A stretch of 63,344 nt of DNA, the filler included, from Atractiella rhizophila (lineage: Eukaryota): assembly GCA_021432655.1 (NCBI GenBank). It is 19 parts of 19 records of this genome, joined end to end, with 100 filler letters (N's around TTAATTAATTAA, not from the genome) between each part and the next. Parts side by side here need not be neighbours in the genome. Positions count along the whole stretch, not along the records: positions 50,329 to 53,518 come from MU272564.1; positions 53,619 to 56,797 come from MU272565.1; positions 56,898 to 60,073 come from MU272566.1; positions 60,174 to 63,344 come from MU272567.1; 15 more parts are not named here. One strand, given 5' to 3'. The notes under the pieces were generated by a model. The model was not told where the DNA came from and ran no database searches. It saw only the letters and a program-made list of their open reading frames with translations. Positions 53,062 through 63,344 of the stretch are shown here, one piece after another. The position numbers were made by a program, and so were the translations under genes. Every line of letters starts with the position of its first letter. Position 1 is the first letter of the stretch.

Positions 53062-53518
53062 AAGGCGGGACGGGAAGAAGTGTTGGGCGGGATGGCGGGA
53101 TGGCGGGAAGGCGGGATGCTTCTGACCTAAGCGCCATAACCCTTCCCGCTCTTCCGCAGTGAGTGGAACCACCAACAGCTTGACTGTATTCCTTCAAATC
53201 ACCCTTTTACATTGTTCTTCTTGAATATACTACTTCTTGACCAAGATGCCTTTCTTCACTCGCTGCGAAATGCCAGATTGTCATTGGCCACGGTGTACGA
53301 GAAGATCACACTACCCGACGACTCTAAGCCAGCTCAGGCCACACCCCATTGTGTTTTATATTTTCGACACTTCTTTGCGTCAAACATTGTGGCAAGAAGT
53401 GAAAGACAGGACATACCATTTTAGAACGGACTTGGAAGATTCGTGTGGCGAAGCTCTTTACAAGGTTCAACGAAGGGGAGCGAAGGTCCTGGAACGCGTT
53501 CGAAATCATGGCAGATTG
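53062..53518 (+). mobile_element. Possible DNA-transposon end (GGCGGGA(T) repeat cluster) followed by a Cys/His-containing ORF fragment
   Basis: About five GGCGGGA repeats at 53064-53118 with partial inverse copies at ~53140-53157; weak BED-finger-like translation downstream. Confidence 0.3.
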
Positions 53519-54059
53519 NNNNNNNNNNNNNNNNNNNNNNNNNNNNNNNNNNNNNNNNNNNNTTAATTAATTAANNNNNNNNNNNNNNNNNNNNNNNNNN
53601 NNNNNNNNNNNNNNNNNNGCTCCTTCTCAGCTGTACCTCAAGGAGACACATTTTCTGTTAACGCACCCTCTCCACTGATCTAAGGTGGAAGTAGGTCCTG
53701 ACCGACTAGGTGAGTGGGGAGCGAGCGTCCTCCACAGCAAAAGATGCAGATCAAGAAACCGTCAGTGATGCTGAAATGGATTGAAAAGGCCTAACGCAAT
53801 GGGATAATTTTACAGAGGTCCAAATGCTCTTGCAAAATGGGGAAGTAAAATTTTGAAGGCATGTATCAGTTCTGGACTACGTAACTCGAGAATGTGTGAT
53901 TTTGTTTACAGTACATCTTTCCAGTTTTCTGGGATCGAGATCGCCTTCTTCGTAGGTAACCCTTGGATGTCTGAAAAATGAGTGATAAGCCACTATTAGG
54001 CGCTCGATACACTTAGACAACACCGCCGCAAACCAGTATTCTAACGTGTTATCTCCATC

Positions 54060-55400
54060 GTCACAACCTCACTTGAGTATCGTGGTGGTTGTTGGTTGAA
54101 GATCTGGCTGTTGGTATGGCTCCGAAGTCGATGAGGTCGTATCCGTTCGTTGGACCTTTGACTGACGACCTTCTTGATGCAATGCAGAGGGTTTGGTACC
54201 GCTGATCCCCAGTTTGACGTTGAATTATTTGTGAAGAAAATTGGGTCCCAGGTGTTCCATCCGTTTTAAAGTGTCCACACGCTGTGACTGGAGGAGAACC
54301 GCCTGAATTACCTCGATTAGGCATTGGCAAGCTTCCTGGTCTTCAAATAATGGCACTACTTTTTCACCCTTTAAGAATGTCGAAAGCTCCTCTTGCTGCT
54401 CCTTCTCAGCCGGTCGTTGCAGAAATGGAGTCAAGATGGGAGATTCGTCTAGGCTTAGGAAGGTTGAGCATATCACAACACGTCTGAGCGATAGTGGTTT
54501 AGCATATCTTCGGTATCGGATATTCCGCACAGCAAGGAGACAGAAAGGGGCGAAAAAGAATGATTATTGGGCCTAGAATGAGAATATGAAACAGCTCGTC
54601 CTCTTGGCAACCCTGACTTTGTCCGTTAATATCGTCCCTTTTTGAGACTGGGGATGTTTTGCTAAGATACCCTTCGATCTTCAGTCCAAGTCCACGGATT
54701 TCAGCTTCGGTGTTGTGCGCAAAGGTAAGGACGCAAAGGACGTGATAGATGGACTCGAATCGTCCACCAATTTGTTAGAATGTTTGACAATGGCTCGCAA
54801 CTACCAGTGATTAGCTTCGACAGCAAGCAGAACAGTGAGCAAGCACACCTTGGGTACTGCTCCCTTGATCTCGTTCATGTCTACTTCTATTTCGTTCAGT
54901 TCCTCCTTACCCAGTTTTGCACTATTATCCTTGGCAAGGCTGGGATCCTCTGTCACGAATACTTCGTAGTTCGCATCGTGACTATGCCAACTTCGGACTG
55001 CTCAACGTTCTCATACAATGACTGTAGGTCGGTTGCTTTACTGCAGATGGTGCTTCTGACAACAAGACTACAATGAGTATTGAGCAGCGGTTGAAGAATC
55101 GAGGTATCAATTTCATTGCGGTTGAAAGGCACATTCTTTTAGTGCCCCATATCATCCACCTTGCTGTCATTGCCCTCTTCGAAATGTCTGGCCCAAGTCT
55201 GCCTGCAAAACAAAGCAGTTGAATGAAGTAATGTGTACCAGATTTGTGAGTCCAAATTTGTTCGCCACCTTCATAATCACATCAGCCATATTGTCCCCTG
55301 GATGTGCTCCTACAAGCTCTTCAAATCCCAAATAACCTCCACTACAGTAGTTTTTGTGAAGGGAATGACCCCGTCGTTGGGCAACCAAATAATTCTACTG
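54060..55400 (-). mobile_element. hAT-family transposase remnant, heavily degenerate
   Basis: YLGFEELVGAHPGDNMADVIMKVANKFGL resembles the hAT 'F..L.G.HTGENMA..L..FGL' block; DFGAIPTARSS resembles the dimerisation-domain 'D.LAIPATS'; many stops and frameshifts. Confidence 0.6.
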
Positions 55401-55938
55401 CGCTAAAATCGAATGTTCTGAGTGGATATGCTGATCTCGGAAACGTATCCTTCAGTCATTATTGCTGAGTTAGTGAGGCGTACTGTGCACGCCCTTGCCT
55501 GCGGTACCTCCTGAGTTATCGAATATGATCGTTCGGTGCGATGACTGTTTGATTCATAACCATCCCTTTTCGCACTAGAAACCGAACGAGAGGGATAAAC
55601 GTACGAGAAAATAACCTTTCGCACGAAAGTAAGGGTCCACAATTACGAAGCGATTTGTGCATCATCGCAACATCCCAGGGAGGCGTTTCCAACACAGTAA
55701 TCGATCGGCGGCACCGCCATCAACTGATCCACTGATATTCACATCGAAGCTTGATGGTCAGCGCCGTTGTCGGCTTCAGCCCTTGAAAACTCTCTCGCCT
55801 GAGAGACGTTCACAAAAGGAACTCGTCACTGCGGAGCTTTGAACCTCCTGAAAATACGTACAGTATTCGGTTGCTGGCACTTTCCATCGAGTAGAATTGA
55901 TGAGACGTGCCCTGGGTAGATGCGTTGCGTTGGTTCTG

Positions 55939-56797
55939 ATGGCTACCATTCAATCCCTCTCTTCTGAACCGCTGCTCCAAAATTTTTGACATCCTTGCTG
56001 ATGATTGGATCGACGAACGAGGAGATTATATGCGGGATGGCGATGTACGAGCCATCTGCTCCAACGCTCAGATCAAACCTTGCTCACTGCTTTGCAAACA
56101 ATGGAGCGAGCTCTCGCTTCCGTATGTTGATTGGCTACTCATGATTTCTGTGACGAATACGGACGGGATTGTTTCGTTCATGCACCAGGCAAAAGCGAGC
56201 CATTCTCACATCAAGCATCTGTCTGTTAACTTTCCGGGAGAATCACAACAACTCGACCAGAAAGCAAATTGGGCGGCCTTGTGGGGTGCTCTCCGCGAAG
56301 TTCTGGAGACTGTCGGTGGCCAACTTCAAACGATGGACATCGTCCCAGAGAATGCCCCCCTCCTGAAGCTCGTCTTCGATTGCCATCGAATCAGTCATCT
56401 CTGGGTGCGAACGAGTTCCGGTATGACCAACCCAGTCCTTCAAGATTGGTTCACTGGGTTAGAAGAATGCACGGCGTTGAGGCATCTCGAATTACTGGAT
56501 GTTCACCCATCACAATCATCCACAGCTTTGTTTGCCCTCCGCAGCCTCGTCATCAGGGCCCTTCTTCCTGCCGAGTCAGCTTATTTTCAGCATCGGCTAC
56601 AACCCTCACGTCGCTTACAGCCTTTTGGTCGCACAGGTTTTGCAGCAAATCCTATCCCGCGTTCTGGCCCACATTCTTCCGCTCCTCCGCCTCGTCAACA
56701 CCCTTCGAGAACTAGATATGGACGGGAGTACTCAAGGCATCCCAATGCGCTATGACGAGGAAGATCAACTAGTCGCTCCCATCCTACCACGTTTGAC
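55939..56797 (+). CDS. F-box-like / LRR-like protein, frameshifted, 3' truncated
   Basis: MATIQSLSSE../KIFDIL..CSLLCKQWSELSLPYV, IKHLSV, LRHLEL, LRSLVI, LRELDM; frameshifts near 55975 and 56600. Confidence 0.55.
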
Positions 56798-56897
56798 NNN
56801 NNNNNNNNNNNNNNNNNNNNNNNNNNNNNNNNNNNNNNNNNTTAATTAATTAANNNNNNNNNNNNNNNNNNNNNNNNNNNNNNNNNNNNNNNNNNNN

Positions 56898-59189
56898 ACC
56901 TGCCGCTCAGCTGTCACCAAGGCTCTATCCGACAACTGGTTTCGATGTCATACCGCCTTCCGAGTTAGTAGAGGAAGAAACCCTACCTTCGTACGTTGTG
57001 GCTGGCTATTATCCCGCTCGGCTTGGAGAAGTCCTCGACTCGCGCTTCCAAATTGTTGGAAAACTTGGTTACGGCGTTACCTCGACCGTTTGGATGTGCC
57101 GAGATCTCACGTAGGGATTATATATCCACTATAACCTATGGTATGCGGTTTACTGTTCCTGGGGCACAGATTTACAACGACGCCTACTTATCGTGCAGTC
57201 AAAATTTACACGAGAGACGCATCCCGAAGGAAGAATAGAGAAGTTCCTGCTTTGCACCATCTCGCATCCATTCAAAGTGATGACGTTGGAAAAATTGGCA
57301 TAAGATTCATGACGGAACAGTTTTCGATACCTGTTGGCGAAGCAGAGCACACTTGTCTTGTCCATCGTCCCTTGGGTACGAGTATTCAGGATCTGTGCGA
57401 CCTTTCGCAAGAAGGCAATGGTGACTTGCCTGTTATTTTCCTGAAAGCTCTATCAATGCGAATGCTGCATGCCTTGAACTTTCTTCATTCTGAAGCTCGG
57501 CTAATACATACTGGTTCGTCTTTCTCTCCATTTTGCCCCATGGTGATCTGACACCATCATCGACATTCACAACAGATTTACAGCCGAAGAACATCCTTTG
57601 TAGGGTCGAAGATCCAGCCCTCCTTGAAGCGTATGAAGAGGAAGAGTTCCAAGATATGCCAACTCCTCGAAAGATCGACGGAGATCGTATTATCTATCGT
57701 TCTCGGCCTCTTCGTCTGTCACTAGGACTGCCAGTGCTCGTTGATTACGGTGAAGTGCGTTTCGCAGATCAAGGACCTTTCTCGGAGGACATCATGCCTA
57801 TCATGTATCGCGCTCCTGAGTTACTGCTATGGATACCATGGAGCTATAAAGTCGACATTTGGGACCAAATTGTTGGAAAACTTGGTTACGGCGTTACCTC
57901 GACCGTTTGGATGTGCCGAGATCTCACGTAGGGATTATATATCCACTATAACCTATGGTATGCGGTTTACTGTTCCTGGGGCACAGATTTACAACGACGC
58001 CTACTTATCGTGCAGTCAAAATTTACACGAGGGACGCATCCCGAAGGAAGAATAGAGAAGTTCCTGCTTTGCACCATCTCGCATCCATTCAAAGTGATGA
58101 CGTTGGAAAAATTGGCATAAGATTCATGACGGAGCGGTTTTCGATACCGGCTGGCGAAGCAGAGCACACGTGTCTTGTCCATCGTCCCTTGGGTACGAGT
58201 ATTCAGGATCTGTGCGACCTTTCGCAAGCAGGCAATGAGGACTTGCCTGTTATTTTCCTGAAAGCTCTATCAATGCGAATGCTGCATGCCTTGAACTTTC
58301 TTCATTCTGAAGCTCGGCTAATACATACTGGCTCGTCTTTCTCTCCATTTTGCCCGATGGTGATCTGACACCATCATCGACATTCACAACAGATTTACAG
58401 CCGAAGAACATCCTTTGTAGGGTCGAAGATCCAGCCCTCCTTGAAGCGTATGAAGAGGAAGAGTTCCAAGATATGCCAACTCCTCGAAAGATCGACGGAG
58501 ATCGTATTATCTATCGTTCTCGGCCTCTTCGTCTGTCACTAGGACTGCCAGTGCTCGTTGATTACGGTGAAGTGCGTTTCGCAGATCAAGGACCTTTCTC
58601 GGAGGACATCATGCCTATCATGTATCGCGCTCCTGAGTTACTGCTATGGATACCATGGAGCTATAAAGTCGACATTTGGGGATTAGGCATGACGGTACGC
58701 ATCTGATTCGCAATTTGATGTAACAGCCTTCAATAAATGGTTCCGGTGCACAGATCTGGACTGCCGCACAGAAGGGAAACCTTTTTCGAGGGTGGGAAAG
58801 GGATGGATACCACAACTGGCGACATCTTTCGGAGATGTTGGCACTGCTAGGGCCACCTCCAAAGGCTGTTCTCGAACGCGGACAGTTTAGCAACATTTTT
58901 TTTGACGAAGATGGTTTGTATTCTCTTCGACCCTCCTGTTTATGTCTGATTCCTCGTGTTAGGGAATTGGAAAGGCGAGGCAATTGGCATCAGTGTCCCA
59001 GCCATGTCGCTAGAGGAAAGGGCAACAGTCCTGGAAGGGGTGAACAAACGGCGGTTTCTGAATTTCATTCGCAGATGTTTGCAGTGGAATCCAGATGCAA
59101 GACCAACAGCGAAGGAGTTATTGGAGGATGAGTGGATCACATCTGCGAAAGAGGATGTGAAAACTGGAGCTGAGTCGTCGTCAGAGTGA
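56898..59189 (+). CDS. SRPK/Sky1-like CMGC Ser/Thr kinase with internal tandem duplication, 5' truncated
   Basis: EEETLPSY..YYPARLGEVLDSRFQIVGKLGYGVTSTVW, AVKIY, HTDLQPKNIL, DYGE, YRAPE, KVDIW, HLSEMLALLGPPP, RPTAKELLEDEW. Confidence 0.9.
57048..58681 (+). repeat. 817-bp near-perfect tandem duplication (57048-57864 / 57865-58681)
   Basis: Both copies start CCAAATTGTTGGAAAACTTGG and end GTCGACATTTGGG; roughly ten substitutions seen and no indels. Confidence 0.97.
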
Positions 59190-60173
59190 GATAGCTTGCA
59201 TACGCTAGGTGTGTACTTTAAATTGCTTGTGCAAGCTGCGCTCTGCTGAGAAACTCTGGATAGTCGAGGGACATCTCACCAGAGTTCAACGTTCAACATC
59301 GAGCCTGTCACAGTCATTGCTGAACGGCAACCAACATTTCATAACCACATCTCCTTGCCTCTTCTGACTTCGGCTCGTCGGCCACCGTCATAACCCTCCT
59401 AATGACTTCCAAGTTCGAATTTACTCGACGACTTCGAGACCTCACGTTCTATAGTATTCTGTCGCCGTATGGCGCCGGAAGTAACCTCTTTCCAGGCTTC
59501 CAACTCTCCATTCAATCATCCTCCCCCTATTTATCATTCCCTAATCCTATACTTCCTCTTTGTATCATATCATCACCGCTCACATATTAACTGTATGACT
59601 GCATCCAGTACTTAGACCTTCCACGAGCCCTTTATCTGCTCCATTCATCATTTGTCAAAACAGCGTCCCGCAGTATTTGTCATCAAAATGGGATGTCCAT
59701 TATTTCTACTCGTGATTCCAAGTCTCGGTCATCACTTGATGCTCAAACTAATTTACAAAAGGAATATTGTAAATCGAACGGAAATACAAACAATCGTGAA
59801 TGGCAAGGGATAAAAAAATGCAAAGGGTTAGACGAAGATGTGTGAATGGACCCGAAAGGCAAAGCATCATCATGTACAGCAAAGATATAAACACGAAGCC
59901 GGATATCGAATGCTTCGAAGGTAGGAATGAAGCCGACATGACAGTTCACGAGCTATCATTTCGATTCATAACTCTTAAACCTCCAGACGGTCTCTCCTCT
60001 GCACTCCCAATGCTCCCATTATCGTCAGGATACAAGTCGCCCATTGTCGGTGACCGCTCGTCACTGTTGTCCCNNNNNNNNNNNNNNNNNNNNNNNNNNN
60101 NNNNNNNNNNNNNNNNNTTAATTAATTAANNNNNNNNNNNNNNNNNNNNNNNNNNNNNNNNNNNNNNNNNNNN

Positions 60174-62110
60174 ACAATTAGTTGATAGACAGCGCTGACT
60201 CCCAGCGAGGTGTTGGTGTGAATTGTAGCTAATAAGCCGAAACCGAGTGCGAATATTAACCAAGCAACAATGTTGTACATTTTGTATGTCTTAGACCGGG
60301 CAACGATCAATCCACCTGGTTCAATGACTTCAATTTTCTGACAATGGAGAGAATCTTGAGACTGACCAACGACGGCTAAAGGCCCGCCCAAGAGGGACAG
60401 GGGAAAAAAATGGACTCCAGCCAAAATGGCAGAGTCGCCTCTAACGGCTTGGAAGTACACGGCTATGACGAGAGTCAGAACAGGAAAGGCTTTGTGTGAA
60501 AGAAATTGGACTCACGGATGTCATACATAATAAAGAGGGCCAGAATGCCGTGCAGGAAGCTGTTCAAATATCCAATGATAGAGGTCTTGTTTCCGAGATC
60601 TTTCACCTAGCAAAGCCAAATCGTTCTAAGAGGCTCTGTGAGAAGATGAGAAACGACCTACAGGCATGGCAGGATTCTTGACTACATAAAGCTCTAGAAA
60701 CACATACCCGACCATTCCTGCCAGTCCAAGCAACAGTGGCACAAGGATTCGGAAGCTGTCCCACGCATACTCGATCCCAGCCCAAGTCATGGCAATAATT
60801 ACCGACCTTGAACGCGGGCATTAGCAGGCACAGTGCGTCCCACGCCTCCCATCCTACACTCACGTAGCAGAAGCGATGAAGAGCGCATTCGCCGTGAAAT
60901 CGATCCGCTTTAGCTTCTCCAAGACAGTACCTTCCGGAGTCTTCACGCTGAGGAACATGACAACGGCTGGGGCAGCGACGGCCAGGATTGGGAGATTCAC
61001 TGTTTTGATTCCGTGAGTGGACCAATAAAAATGTTTGACTGACCGTAGAATAACCATCTCCCTGCACACAGATCAGCGAGATCAAGGTAGGCATGCTGCA
61101 ACTCACAGTTCGTGTCTGCAAACACACCGCCGAGTAACTGAAATAACACTGAGATTGCGCAAATTACAGCAAAAGGGACTGGCTGACTGGACCAATAGCT
61201 GCGGCAAATGCCCATACAGCGGTCAATAGACCCATGTACTACATACGGCCTTCAATGTATACGCATCGTTGTCAAGTTTGACGTACCTTCCCTCTTCGAG
61301 ACAGAGGAATAATATCGGCTGCAGAATCTACGTCAACGAAGGGAACAATGCGAATTCGGCACTCACCAACGACCTGATTGCTGCAACTGATGATACCACC
61401 ACCTCCGACTCCTTGACTCCAAGTCAAATCAGATAGCTAAGGCGGTGATCCCTGACCTTGTATGGCTCTGGCGGCTATCAGCATGTCCATGTTTTGAGCA
61501 GCACCACAAAGCACAGATCCCACCCCAAAGAAAGCCACGCAGACCTAATTCGCTCCCCGATTAGGCAAAGTAGGATAAAACGTAGTGGGTTCTCACGAGG
61601 AGGAGAGGACGTCTACCGAAGACGTGGCTCAAACCAGCTACCCAAGGTAGGAAGGAGGTACTTGTTAACTGCCAGTAGATGGGTTATGAAGCTAGCAACT
61701 GAGATGATGGCGTGAAACGAACGGCATAGGCCGATCCAATCCATACGTAGTTATCTCCTCCGAGGTCTGCAGCGATCTTAGGGAGTGCAGTACCGATTGA
61801 GGTGAAGTCCAGGGCCGAGAGAAATCTTTGGAAGAATCTCAGTGTTAACAGAACAAATTCAAATGAGAGGGACGTGCATCGTTAAACACAATGCTAGCAT
61901 TACGAGATAAAGCTATTTAGAGGCGCATCAGTGTTACTGACATCTTTGCGGTTGACGGAGGCCTACCTGACGCGTAGGACGCCATTCTTCAACAGATCCA
62001 ACTTTCTCAGCCTTCTCCACTTCCTCAGACTTCTTTGCAACATCGCCGTCTATGACGGTCTCCTCGTCCTCAGCACGATCCCTTGCTTCGTTCTTTTCGA
62101 TTTTATTCAT
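60174..62110 (-). CDS. MFS drug transporter (DHA2, 14-TMS type), 3' truncated, many small exons
   Basis: FLSALDFTSIGTALPKIAADLGG..WIGSAYA, VFGRRPL, LIAARAIQ, IPLSRRG, WLFY/NLPI, LEKLKRIDF, YFQAVRGDSAILAG. Confidence 0.88.
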
Positions 62111-62669
62111 CTTGAGCTCCAGGTTCACGGTGTAGATATTCCTCTCCTCGTTGCCTCAGCTATGATATAAATAAGGCAGGTGTACCTTTGCACTGTCCCC
62201 GTCCCCTCCTCGGCAATCACACTCGAGGAGAGAAAGGCAGTCGCACAAGTTCTCCTACCCGATACATGGGCATGTACACTCACGCAACGGCCGCCTGTCT
62301 CAAGCGCTAGCTCTGAAGTGCTGAGCACCCGAGGAAGGAAAGTAGGATTATACAGCAGCTCATCACGGAAAGGACTGATGTAATCAACCTGGTGGATGTA
62401 CCGTTGGCACAATGGATCTGTCTTGCCAGTACAGGGACTGAATGTCGGGGGCTCGCACGGGTCTAAGATTGATGCTGTCGTAGCGCTTTGCTTCAGTACT
62501 TTGTACAGTACCTCAACACCTCGAGCTTCGAGTTCGGATGTGTTCAAGCCTACTTTGAATGACGGACGGGCTTAAGCGACGGAGCATCCGCCAAAGGGCC
62601 AAAGACTCGGACAGACAGCATGATGGTGATGGGTTGATTCTTGACTGTTCATACTACATCCTTCGTCAG

Positions 62670-62721
62670 CATCGGATGTAGGTGATATTCATTTCATCGG
62701 ATGTAGGTGATATTTATTTCA
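62670..62721. repeat. 25-bp tandem duplication
   Basis: CATCGGATGTAGGTGATATT(C/T)ATTT twice. Confidence 0.8.
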
Positions 62722-63344
62722 GTAATCATACGTTTCAAATAGCAACTTTGTGGACGACATAAAGATACCTGATCCGTGCCAGACATTCCTGTAAGGACCG
62801 GTGCGACGTCCATGCTCATAAGATGTTTAATTTTTTAATGCCACATATAAATTCGCAAAAAAAGGGGTTATGATAGCAGGGCAGTTGGCAGCCAACGAAA
62901 CCCTGAACGAATAGTGAAACCAGCACTGGAGCAAGCGAAACCCATGATTTCGCAGGAAATAGATATGTAGAACTCGAAGATTGTAATCAAATAATCAATT
63001 ACTACTCTACTTTCTGAAAATTTGTGTAGCGACACGTTGATTTCACCCTAATTTTGAACCCGGCTTGGTCTTCCACTGCTTTTAAAGCCGCAATTCAAAG
63101 CAACGAGGGTTAATGAGCTCATAGCCTAAAGGATATATATTTTCGAACTGTACTCCAAAACAAGACTAGTCAGAAATGTGGCACCCCTGTGGAGCGTTGC
63201 CGTGATAAATGCGGTGAATAGTATATTGATGGTCGCGAAATTTCTGCTTTTTCGATGAAAAAATAATGCTGCTTACGCCGGAGAGAGAGCGTAAGACTCA
63301 TTCTATCTATACTCCTTCCTGCAGGTGTGAGGATGAACAGATAG

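Noticed and set aside
62125..62547. 140-aa minus ORF upstream of the MFS gene
   Set aside because: Non-ATG start and no recognisable motif; it may be a fragment but is unsupported.

Overview
This is not one locus. It is eukaryotic (fungal, most likely basidiomycete) DNA made of 19 unrelated ~3.2-3.3 kb scaffolds in descending size order, joined by an artificial 100-nt spacer (N44-TTAATTAATTAA-N44), so synteny across spacers is meaningless. The pieces carry intron-rich, mostly partial genes: F-box/WD40, BiP/Kar2, choice-of-anchor-B-like secreted protein, patatin-STAND (NLR-like), Tra1, Rap/Rsr1 GTPase, Gti1/Pac2, PUF, RhoGEF, Cys2-like acyltransferase, two MFS transporters, a La-motif protein, Fap7, MaoC hydratase, Gna1, BBE oxidase, NCS1 permease, Pmr1, GH92 and an SRPK-like kinase. 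There are also CACTA, hAT and copia relics. Three observations stand out. (1) Two segments (927-2584 and 28067-28743) are written reversed but NOT complemented, so they are invisible to six-frame translation; they hold the missing parts of the F-box/WD40 and Cys2-like genes and are almost certainly gap-filling artefacts. (2) A patatin-NLR-like gene with a degenerate catalytic motif is cut just after Walker B and capped directly by (TTAGGG)n. (3) An 817-bp tandem duplication duplicates most of a kinase domain in frame. I do not see convincing evidence of a wholly new multi-gene biological system. All family calls are from motif recognition by eye, with no database search.
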